DNA of 25,962 bases from Opitutus sp. GAS368 (lineage in GTDB: Bacteria; Verrucomicrobiota; Verrucomicrobiia; Opitutales; Opitutaceae): contig CAMAVZ010000027.1 of assembly GCA_945861645.1 (NCBI GenBank), positions 1-25,962 of the forward strand, read 5' to 3'. Positions within the stretch are counted from its first letter, which is position 1, and each line of letters starts with the position of its first letter. Shown here in pieces: positions 17,605-25,797 of this stretch. Under the pieces are notes generated by a model. The model saw nothing but the letters and a program-made list of their open reading frames with translations. It had not been told where the DNA came from and did no database searches. The position numbers were made by a program, and so were the translations under genes.

Positions 17605-18540
17605 ATGGCTCCTACTGTACACACTGCTAGCGGATTTCAGCTAAAACCTTTTACATCCGAAGATGACGCAAATCTTCGCGAGGCCCTTAAGCGCTGTTCA
17701 GCGGCAACTTATGAGTCTGCCGCCCAGTTCCGGAAGACAGGTAACACCGAGCATTTACCGGCCATTGTTTTGGGCATAATTGAGCGCTATATTGAACCTG
17801 ATCTCAGGGGTAAACTTAAGGATGCTGATGATGATCTCCGGATCATCGAAGATCTCGGCATTGATTCACTCACGATGATGGAAGTCGTGATCTTGGTGGA
17901 GGATGTGCTCCAATTGACCATCAATAACGAAGAGTTACGCCACTTACGGTCGGTGGGTGATGTTAAAACTTTCTTGGATTGTAAGGTCCGTGGCTTGCCC
18001 CTGCCGCAGCCCACCAAATTTATCCCTATCGAGCAGATCATGACGGTCATGCCGATCCAGCCGCCGTTTCTTTTTCTCGGCGAGGCTACCGTGGGTGCTC
18101 ATGGTGCCAATGCTAAGTACAAGATCAGCGGGCAGGAATTTTTTCTCCAAGGACATTTTAAGGATAATCCAATATTACCTGCCTCCATTATGTTAGAGGC
18201 GCTTGGGCAACTCGCCGTACTTTTTCTCCTCGAGGGGCAAGTGGGCGAAGCCGGCAAGGTGGTGGATCCGAAGATGATTTTCTTCACTTCGTGTGAAGGT
18301 GTCCGCTGTCATCGGATGTGTCGTCCTGGCGATGTCCTCAACTTATCAATTAAGCCGAAGCGCTTGAAGGCGCCGCTGGCCACCTTCGAAGGTCAGATTC
18401 GCGTTGGTCAGGAAAAAGCGGCGATTGCGGAAGAAATCACGCTCACGTTTGGCTTTGCCGACGTCGTTGCTCAGCCTGTCCCGCAAGCTGAACCCGCTGC
18501 TATTTCGGACGCCCCTAATAAGGCGGTCGTCAACGCCTGA
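17605..18540 (+). CDS. fusion of an acyl carrier protein and a FabZ-like 3-hydroxyacyl-ACP dehydratase
   Basis: ACP motif EDLGIDSLTMMEVVILVED (Ser88). FabZ-like MPIQPPFLFL, FFLQGHF (His184), PILPASIMLEALGQ (Glu198) and RPGDVL. Confidence 0.88.
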   Translation: MAPTVHTASGFQLKPFTSEDDANLREALKRCSAATYESAAQFRKTGNTEHLPAIVLGIIERYIEPDLRGKLKDADDDLRIIEDLGIDSLTMMEVVILVEDVLQLTINNEELRHLRSVGDVKTFLDCKVRGLPLPQPTKFIPIEQIMTVMPIQPPFLFLGEATVGAHGANAKYKISGQEFFLQGHFKDNPILPASIMLEALGQLAVLFLLEGQVGEAGKVVDPKMIFFTSCEGVRCHRMCRPGDVLNLSIKPKRLKAPLATFEGQIRVGQEKAAIAEEITLTFGFADVVAQPVPQAEPAAISDAPNKAVVNA

Positions 18541-18651
18541 ACCGGCGGGACTTGGTTGGCGTGCGGCGGTGGTTGACCGTCTGACTAAAAGCGTTTTCAT
18601 ACGCTGCAAGGCAGTCGTGGCTAATCGAGCGACGGGTGCGTTTTAATTAAT

Positions 18652-19911
18652 ATGCGGAAAGTTTATATTACGGGGGTCGGTTTTATTACGAGCATAGGCA
18701 ATGATGCGGTCGCTGTTTCCGATAGTTTACGGGAGTTGCGGCATGGGATGATCCAATACCAGCCGTTTCAAAAAGCTGATGTGCCGGTCAAAGTGGCTGC
18801 GCCGATTCGCAATTTTATCACAGATACCACTGAGGCGGAGGATTGGGTTTTCCCTGCGCGTTATAACCTGCGGCGGGAAGTTCTTCGTGGCATGGCGCCC
18901 CATGGAGTTTATGCTTACTGTGCGATGCAGCAAGCGGTGGAGGATGCTAAATTATCGGAAGCTGATTACTCTAATCCCCATACAGGCTTATATGCGGCTT
19001 CAGGCGGCTCACCTTTCTTATTGGGTTATTATTTAGAGCGGATGCGGAAATATGGGGTGATGCGCTGTCAGCCGCTCGGGATTGTCGCCTCAATTTCCGG
19101 CACAGTTAATTTCAACCTCGTTTCGCAATTTAAAATTAAGGGGGCTTCCACGGGATTTTCATCGGCCTGCGCCTCCTCGGCTCATGCGATGGGTTTTGCC
19201 TACGATGAAATTGCGCTCGGTCGGCAGAACCGGATGTTTGTGGTGGGGGGTGAGGATGGTAACGTAGAGAGCATTTTACCTTTTGCGGGCATGCGCGCTC
19301 TCTCGCTGCAATCTGATCCAGCCCTGGCTTCGCGGCCCTTTGATGTGGCGCGCGACGGTTTTGTCGGCACGGGCGGCGGGGCGGTCTTGGTGCTCGAAAG
19401 CGAGGAGGAAGTTGAGCGCCGCGGGGCCAAAATTTACTGTGAGCTCGCGGGTTGGGGGCAAGGATCAGATGGACACAATGTGGCTATTTCTCACCCCGAG
19501 GGAGCCGGGCTGCAGCTCGCGATCGAAAATGCGCTCCGCGCTGCTGGAGTAGGGGCCGACGAGGTAGATTATATTAATGCCCACGCTACCTCGACCCCGA
19601 TTGGCGATATTTCAGAGGCCAAAGCGATTCGGGCCATTTTTAAAAATAATCTAGCGCGCACAGCCATCAGCAGCACCAAGGCGCTCACTGGTCATGGGCT
19701 CTCCCTGTCAGGCGCCATGGAAGCTGGTTTTTGTGCGCTCGCCATTAAGGAAGGGTTTATGCCCGGATCGGCCCATATCACGAAAATCGATCCGGCCTGT
19801 GCGGGCCTCAATATTATCCGGGCGACATTGCCGCAGCGCCCTCAGGTGGTGCTGAGCAACAGTTGCGGCTTTGGTGGGGCTAATGTCACTTTGGTCTTTC
19901 GTGCGGTCTAA
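18652..19911 (+). CDS. beta-ketoacyl-ACP synthase, FabB (KAS I)-like
   Basis: Cys-His-His triad in SSACASSAH, INAHATST and KALTGHGL; also SRPFDVARDGFV and C-terminal SNSCGFGGAN. Confidence 0.92.
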   Translation: MRKVYITGVGFITSIGNDAVAVSDSLRELRHGMIQYQPFQKADVPVKVAAPIRNFITDTTEAEDWVFPARYNLRREVLRGMAPHGVYAYCAMQQAVEDAKLSEADYSNPHTGLYAASGGSPFLLGYYLERMRKYGVMRCQPLGIVASISGTVNFNLVSQFKIKGASTGFSSACASSAHAMGFAYDEIALGRQNRMFVVGGEDGNVESILPFAGMRALSLQSDPALASRPFDVARDGFVGTGGGAVLVLESEEEVERRGAKIYCELAGWGQGSDGHNVAISHPEGAGLQLAIENALRAAGVGADEVDYINAHATSTPIGDISEAKAIRAIFKNNLARTAISSTKALTGHGLSLSGAMEAGFCALAIKEGFMPGSAHITKIDPACAGLNIIRATLPQRPQVVLSNSCGFGGANVTLVFRAV

Positions 19912-19914
19912 CGC

Positions 19915-20757
19915 ATGAGCGCTATTCGTCTTTCGACCCGCTATCGCACCGCTTTTGTGACCGGGGCGAGTACTGGGCTAGGCTTGGCCTTTACCGATAT
20001 GTTACTGGCGCAGGGCGTTGAGGTTTGGGGTACCGCGCGCGATACGATTCGTCTGCCGGCGCGGCCGGGCTTTCATGCGGTTGCGCTCGAGCTGGGTGAT
20101 GGCTCCGCGGCGGAAGCGATATTTCTTGCGGCCGAGCAGGCCGCGGGGGGCTTTGATATAGTGATTAACAATGCTGGTTTTGGGGCCTTTGGGGCTTTCG
20201 CCCACACTGAGTTTGCCGTCTGGGAAGAACAACTTCGGCTGATGTTAGTTAATACGGCGCGGCTCAGTCATGTCGCCCTGCGCGGTATGCTCGCGCGCCG
20301 GCGTGGGGCGCTGGTTAATATCTCATCGATTGCGGGTGAATTCGGGCTGCCCTATCAGGCCATCTATAATACGACCAAGGCGGGCCTTTCGGCTCTCAAC
20401 GAAAGCTTGATGTATGAGCTGTCTGGCACTGGCGTTATCATGATCGATTTTCGGCCGGGTGATTACCGGACTAATTTTGAAGGTTCAGTGCGCCGCCCAG
20501 AGCAAGCGGTTGGTTGGGTTCATGACACAATCAACACCGCACGGATGAGCCGCGCCTGGTCCTCTTTTGTGGCACTCATGCGTTCTGGTCCCGCGCCGGT
20601 TCATGCGGCAGAATCATTGCGCCGTACCCTCCTGCGTGGTCGGAGTGGCACGGTGCGGACCGGACGTTTTGTCCAAGCTCACCTCGGGCCCTTTTTAGCG
20701 CGCTTCGGTTCTTTGGCTTTCAAGCGCAAAGTGCAGGGAAAATATTTCGGACTCTAA
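19915..20757 (+). CDS. classical SDR NAD(P)-dependent oxidoreductase
   Basis: Motifs TGASTGLG, INNAGFG, NISS, YNTTK and RPGDYRT. Starts 3 nt after the ketosynthase stop. Confidence 0.9.
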   Translation: MSAIRLSTRYRTAFVTGASTGLGLAFTDMLLAQGVEVWGTARDTIRLPARPGFHAVALELGDGSAAEAIFLAAEQAAGGFDIVINNAGFGAFGAFAHTEFAVWEEQLRLMLVNTARLSHVALRGMLARRRGALVNISSIAGEFGLPYQAIYNTTKAGLSALNESLMYELSGTGVIMIDFRPGDYRTNFEGSVRRPEQAVGWVHDTINTARMSRAWSSFVALMRSGPAPVHAAESLRRTLLRGRSGTVRTGRFVQAHLGPFLARFGSLAFKRKVQGKYFGL

Positions 20758-20825
20758 AGTTGCGGAATTCCTTTTAGCTGATGCGCTGGCTCTCTTTCTT
20801 GGATAGTATTTCGCTTTTATAAATC

Positions 20826-22040
20826 ATGGCTCGCGTACGCATCCTTGTTCTCACCTCAAGCACTGGCGCTGGTCATGATACGCGGGCGCAGGCTTTTGCG
20901 GAGTGGTGCTTTGAACTTTATCGGCACGAGGTCGATGTGCGCATTGAGCAGATGCTCGAGAAGTCCTCCGGTTTTTTTAGCGCCGGCGTGCATTTCTATA
21001 ATTGGATTCAGAAGAAATCACCCTGGGTGCATAAAGGTTTTTATCTTTTTGTAGAGTTACTGAGTTGGCTTAATCGGCGGACGGTTACCTTCGGGCGCAC
21101 TTATTACGAATCAGTGCTGCGGGAATATCAGCCGCATCTCGTGTTCAGCGTGCATGATTGCTTGAATCGGGGGTATTTTCAAATGGCTAAGAGGATTCTG
21201 GGCTCCGAGCGGGTGCGCTGCGCCACTTACTGCGGCGAATTTTCCGGTGGTTTTGGCTATAGTATCAATTGGGTAGAACCGAGCGCAGACCTCTATGTGT
21301 CGCGCACCGACACCGCTCGCGATTATGCGGTCAAGCTCGGTATGCCCGTGGCGCGGACGCAAGTCCGCGGCTACTTGATGCAACCGCGCTCATCGATTGA
21401 GGTATTTAATGCTAAAAATCGGGCGGACTATTTATCAGCAACGCTGCATCTGCGTCCCGACTTGTTCACGGTGTTCCTCGCCACGGGGGGGAATGGCGCC
21501 AACAACCATGTGGAGCTTTTGGCCAAGTTGCTGTCGTATGCGGATAAAATCCAAGCGATCGTAATTTGTGGCAATAATCGCGAAGCTTATAATCAGTTGG
21601 TGCGTTGGCGGGCAGCGCATCCCCAGCTCAATTGCTTTGTGGATGGTTTTTCGGAGGAAGTGCATCTCCTCATGCAAGTCAGTGATGTCATTGTGACTCG
21701 GGGCGGCACGACCACCTGCGCCAAGGCGCTGCATTTTCGCTGCCCCATCATTTTTAACGCCCTCGGGGGCATTATGCCGCAGGAAGAATTAACTGTAAAA
21801 TTTTTTCAACGGGGGGCCGGCGTGGAACGAATTAATAACGCCGCGGATTTTGAGACGATTATCGCCGCTTGGATGGCTGATCGGTCGGTTTACGATCGCT
21901 TGCGCCATAATTTCCTAAAATTGCGCTATGAGGAAACCCCCACGGTTCTGATCACCGAGCTGGTTGATTTAGCGCAGCAGGTGGCGGGTACTTCAATCAA
22001 ACCCCGTCCATTTTCACCTAAAGCGTACGGGCCGCAGTGA
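20826..22040 (+). CDS. GT28-type glycolipid synthase (MGDG synthase/UgtP-like)
   Basis: Motifs ILVLTSSTGAGH, VICGNN, LMQVSDVIVTRGGTTT and PQEE. Confidence 0.82.
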   Translation: MARVRILVLTSSTGAGHDTRAQAFAEWCFELYRHEVDVRIEQMLEKSSGFFSAGVHFYNWIQKKSPWVHKGFYLFVELLSWLNRRTVTFGRTYYESVLREYQPHLVFSVHDCLNRGYFQMAKRILGSERVRCATYCGEFSGGFGYSINWVEPSADLYVSRTDTARDYAVKLGMPVARTQVRGYLMQPRSSIEVFNAKNRADYLSATLHLRPDLFTVFLATGGNGANNHVELLAKLLSYADKIQAIVICGNNREAYNQLVRWRAAHPQLNCFVDGFSEEVHLLMQVSDVIVTRGGTTTCAKALHFRCPIIFNALGGIMPQEELTVKFFQRGAGVERINNAADFETIIAAWMADRSVYDRLRHNFLKLRYEETPTVLITELVDLAQQVAGTSIKPRPFSPKAYGPQ

Positions 22041-22175
22041 AGAGTTCGGCCCAGGACCCAGGGGCAGCCACCGGCGCCTCGGTGCTAACCGGACTCAACG
22101 GGAGGCAGGATGGCGCCTGATTTTCCTGCTTTCCTGAGCCCTGCATTATGCGTTGGCTGGTAGTCGCCCCGCGCG

Positions 22176-23405
22176 ATGTCTCGTCCCCCTTCCATAGCCC
22201 TGATTTTTACGACGTTTCCAAAGGTTTCCGAAACCTTTCTGCAACGTGATGTTTTGGCGCTCCAGGCGCAGGGAATCCGGCTGAAACTCTATTCATTGTG
22301 GGGCGGCGGGGGTGAGTTTAGCGGTATGACGGTGCAGCGTTTTCCTAAGTGGCGGCTGCTGCCGTTAATTATTTTTACGATTCCGTGGAATTGCTTTCGT
22401 CGGCCGCGCATCGTGCGCGATCTTTTCGCGGGAGTGCTGACGCGGGGAGCGCCCTCTTGGTTGAATTTTTGGGAAAACATGCTCGGGGCCGGTTTTGCGG
22501 GCTGTTATTATCGCCAATTTCGGCAGGATCCGCCGGCCTTGGTGCACGGAGCTTGGGCGGGTGCGCCCGCCACGGCCGGTTGGCTACTCGGTCGGATAGC
22601 TGGCTGGCGCTATAGCACGGGGGCGCATGCCTATGATATTTATGAGCACGGTGGTGATTGGTGGTTGCAGGAAAAATTACAGCACGCGCAATTTATTCAT
22701 ACCTCAACCGAGATGGGGCGTTGCGAATTAATCACCCGCGGGGTATCCGCTGATAAAATTATCTGTATCCGTCGCGGGCTGGAGACTTTTCCTCCTTGCA
22801 AGCCGCTCCGTTTAAATCGTCGTCCACTGCGCTTGTTGTGTATTGCCCGACTCGTGCCGAAGAAAGGATTGTTCCACCAACTGAGAATCTACGCCGCGCT
22901 TAAGCAAGCGGGACTAGCCTTTGAGGCGCGGGTGGTGGGGGATGGCCCCCTCCGCGCATCACTCGAAGCGGCCGTGCAAACGCTAGATTTAGGCGCAGAG
23001 GTAAAATTTATAGGCCATCAAGGATCGGCCGCCGTTTGGTCGGAATTGGCTTGGGCTGATGTGTTGCTGCATACGGGAATTATTGCCCCGAGTGGCGATC
23101 GGGATGGGTTGCCGAACGTGATTCCCGAGGCGATGGCCGCGGGCGTGCTCGTGGTCACTTCGCCGGTTTCAGCCACGACCGAGGCTATTCATGACGAACT
23201 AACCGGCTTGGTGGCGGCCGTCGAAGCGCCGCTCGCTTGGGTAAATGCCCTGCGCCGATTGAGTGAAGATGATGAGTTGGCTGAGCGCTTGCGTGTGGCG
23301 GCGCGCCATTGGGTGGAGGAACACTACGATGCGCATAAGAATACTGCGCAATTGATCCATTGTTTTCGGCGCGCGATGGACCATGAGACTCACGGTCATG
23401 AATAA
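22176..23405 (+). CDS. GT4 glycosyltransferase, WcaL-like
   Basis: Motifs FPKVSETF, AHAYDIY, IARLVPKKG, VGDGPLR and GDRDGLPNVIPEAMAAG. Confidence 0.88.
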   Translation: MSRPPSIALIFTTFPKVSETFLQRDVLALQAQGIRLKLYSLWGGGGEFSGMTVQRFPKWRLLPLIIFTIPWNCFRRPRIVRDLFAGVLTRGAPSWLNFWENMLGAGFAGCYYRQFRQDPPALVHGAWAGAPATAGWLLGRIAGWRYSTGAHAYDIYEHGGDWWLQEKLQHAQFIHTSTEMGRCELITRGVSADKIICIRRGLETFPPCKPLRLNRRPLRLLCIARLVPKKGLFHQLRIYAALKQAGLAFEARVVGDGPLRASLEAAVQTLDLGAEVKFIGHQGSAAVWSELAWADVLLHTGIIAPSGDRDGLPNVIPEAMAAGVLVVTSPVSATTEAIHDELTGLVAAVEAPLAWVNALRRLSEDDELAERLRVAARHWVEEHYDAHKNTAQLIHCFRRAMDHETHGHE

Positions 23406-23485
23406 TTTTCCGCCGCTGGCCCAAGGTCATTTCCGTCGTGCCCTCTCGTGGCGATGGATTAATCTTTTTTTGACCTAATCCTGCT

Positions 23486-24538
23486 ATGATTTATTATGAT
23501 ATCACCAAGATGGGCGCCGCGCAGCATCGCTCGGGTTTGATGCGGCTAACTTCGCGGTTGATGGAAGAGCTCGGCGGTCATGTCACGGCGGTGGTTTGGG
23601 ATAATTCGCGGCGGACATTTTTGACTCACGCCCAAAAAATATCGGTAAATTTTACTCCCGCCGACTGGTTGCTCACGGTGGAGATGTTCAGCAAGGTCGA
23701 GCGGCCAGGTTTTTCTGATTTTGTGCATCATCCCCCCTGCCGATTGGCGGCGGTGTTTCATGATGCTATTCCGATTAAATTTCCTCACATCACGTGGCCG
23801 CAGAGCGTTCAGCGGCATCCGGAGTACATGAAATTATTGGCGAGTTTTGATCGGACGTGGGCCATCTCTGAGGCGACTCGGCAGGATTTTACGGGCTTCT
23901 GGCATTGGCAGGGGGTCGTATCGAAGGGCCCGGTAGAGGTCATCGAACTCGGCGCAGATTTTGATGGGAGCGATCGCGTGCAGCGCGATCCCCGATCGAC
24001 GCCAGGCCGCCCAGCGCTGGTGTGCGTGGGGATTGTCGAGCCGAGAAAAAATCAGGGCTTTCTGCTGGAAGTGGCGGAGACTTTATGGGGGGAGGGCGTG
24101 AATTTTGAACTACATGTCGTGGGTCGAGTAAATCCTCACTTTGGTCGCCCGTTACTTAAACGCATGCGAGCACTCGAGGATCGGCAGAAGCTTTTCCATT
24201 TTTATGCACAAGTCAGCGATCAGGAATTAGGTCGCCTGTACGCAAACGCGCGGGCCGTCGTTTTCCCGACGATTGCGGAAGGCTGTGGCTTGCCGCTGCG
24301 CGAAGCTTTATGGCGAGGTGTGCCGTGCGTGTGCAGTGACCTGCCGGTCTTGCGCGAGAATGCCGCGGCGGGGGGCTGTCTTTTGGCGCAGGTTAATCAT
24401 CACTCGGATTGGCAGAAACAATTGCGCGGCCTCTTGACGAATGAGGCAGATTATCAGCGCCTACAAACTGAGGCCATGGCGCGACCATTACCCCGGTGGG
24501 CCGATACCGCGCGGACGTTATTGCAGGCTTTGCGCTAA
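23486..24538 (+). CDS. GT4 glycosyltransferase
   Basis: Motifs FHDAIP, VGIVEPRKN, the EX7E motif AEGCGLPLREAL, and CSDLPVLRE. Confidence 0.88.
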   Translation: MIYYDITKMGAAQHRSGLMRLTSRLMEELGGHVTAVVWDNSRRTFLTHAQKISVNFTPADWLLTVEMFSKVERPGFSDFVHHPPCRLAAVFHDAIPIKFPHITWPQSVQRHPEYMKLLASFDRTWAISEATRQDFTGFWHWQGVVSKGPVEVIELGADFDGSDRVQRDPRSTPGRPALVCVGIVEPRKNQGFLLEVAETLWGEGVNFELHVVGRVNPHFGRPLLKRMRALEDRQKLFHFYAQVSDQELGRLYANARAVVFPTIAEGCGLPLREALWRGVPCVCSDLPVLRENAAAGGCLLAQVNHHSDWQKQLRGLLTNEADYQRLQTEAMARPLPRWADTARTLLQALR

Positions 24539-24539
24539 C

Positions 24540-25739
24540 TTACATTTGCTTCACCGCATAGGCCATGGCGGTGGCAATTTTATCTAAATCTTCCTCACTA
24601 TGCAGAGCAGAGACGGCCGTGCGAATCAGATCCTTGCTGGGCGGAACCGCGGGCGCGATCGACATGACTGTGAATACGCCTTTCTCCAATAGGGCTTGCC
24701 AGAAACGGTAGACGAGTTCTTTCGATCCCAGCACAATCGGCACGGCGGGGGTTTCGCTCTCCCAGGTATCGAGGCCAAGGCCTTTCAGCATCTCACGGTA
24801 GCGCTTGGTGTTTTTCCACAGTTTAGCCAGGTGCTCGGGTTCCGATTGCATGAGCTCAAGCGAGGTCGTCGCGGCCGCCGCTTGGCTCGGGGCGAGCGCG
24901 GCGCTGAAGAGGGTTTGTTTGGAATGGCTCCGCAGATATTCGATGAGCTCGCGCGAGCCCGCAATAAAGCCGCCCGTGCTAGCGAGCGATTTCGACATCG
25001 AGCCGCAAATAATGTCGACCTTATCGTTCAGTTGAAAGTGATCGACAGTGCCGCGGCCTTGGCGGCCTAGAATGCCGAAACCATGAGCGTCATCGACCAC
25101 CAGAAAGGAACCGGACTCCTCGCTGGTGCGGGCGATTTCAGGCAGGCGACAGATATGTCCTTCCATGGAATAAACGCCTTCTACGACGATCATTTTTGGC
25201 GTCTTCGATTCAAGGGCCTGCAAGATTTGGCGAAGATCTTCTGGGTTGTTGTGGCTGAAGCGTTCGACGGCCGCACTCGACAAGCGCACGCCGTCCCACA
25301 GGCACGAGTGGATATTTTTATCCGCCAGGATGGTGTCCCCTTTCTGGGCAAAAGTTGCGACCGCCGAGATGCAAGAAACATAGCCCGCCACACTGACGTG
25401 GCAGGCCTCGCGCCCGAGGAAGGCCGCCAGTTTTTCCTCGAGCACGGTATGGTAAGCCCGCGAGCCGTTGGAGATCCGCGCGCCGGTGGTGCTGGAGCCC
25501 CAAGTCCTGGCTCCTTGCGCGCAGGCTTCGATCACTTTGGGGTGAAAGGAAAGTCCAAGGTAATCGTTACTTGAGAGCATTACCATTTGGCGGCCTTGCA
25601 GCTGGATCTTGGTCCCTTTTTGGGCCTCCATGGCATGGTAGTAGGGCTTATATTTCAGCCGCATCTTGGTCGCATAATCATCTCGCGCTCGGGCGATGAT
25701 CGCTTTGCTCGTTTTGGTCGTGAATAGGGACAGAGGCAT
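24540..25739 (-). CDS. PLP-dependent alpha-oxoamine synthase, serine palmitoyltransferase-like
   Basis: Motifs SNDYLGL, TTGARISNG, His144 (NIHSC), EGVYSMEG, DDAH, GSMSKS (Lys250), LFSAAL and PAVP..DLIR. The family call is confident; SPT versus BioF or Kbl is an inference. Confidence 0.85.
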   Translation of the reverse strand: MPLSLFTTKTSKAIIARARDDYATKMRLKYKPYYHAMEAQKGTKIQLQGRQMVMLSSNDYLGLSFHPKVIEACAQGARTWGSSTTGARISNGSRAYHTVLEEKLAAFLGREACHVSVAGYVSCISAVATFAQKGDTILADKNIHSCLWDGVRLSSAAVERFSHNNPEDLRQILQALESKTPKMIVVEGVYSMEGHICRLPEIARTSEESGSFLVVDDAHGFGILGRQGRGTVDHFQLNDKVDIICGSMSKSLASTGGFIAGSRELIEYLRSHSKQTLFSAALAPSQAAAATTSLELMQSEPEHLAKLWKNTKRYREMLKGLGLDTWESETPAVPIVLGSKELVYRFWQALLEKGVFTVMSIAPAVPPSKDLIRTAVSALHSEEDLDKIATAMAYAVKQM

Positions 25740-25753
25740 GGAAATTGCGTGGG

Positions 25754-25782
25754 ACTAAAGGTCAGTGAATGATGCTAAGCAA
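25754..25782 (-). promoter_or_regulatory. candidate sigma70-type promoter for the SPT-like gene
   Basis: Minus strand TTGCTT-N17-TTTAGT, ending 14 nt upstream of the ATG at 25739. Confidence 0.3.
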
Positions 25783-25797
25783 CCGCAAAGCCTTGGC

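Noticed and set aside
17605-20757. Aryl-polyene, ladderane or type II PKS interpretation of the ACP/KS/SDR genes
   Set aside because: There is no chain-length factor, second KS, AMP ligase, cyclase or radical SAM gene in the window.
25083-25574. 163-aa plus-strand ORF and the other short nested ORFs in the track
   Set aside because: Shadow frames of confident genes, as expected at this GC content.
24540-25739. Calling the gene bioF or kbl
   Set aside because: No bio or tdh genes are adjacent, and sequence features and context favour an SPT-like role. The symbol is left blank pending phylogeny.
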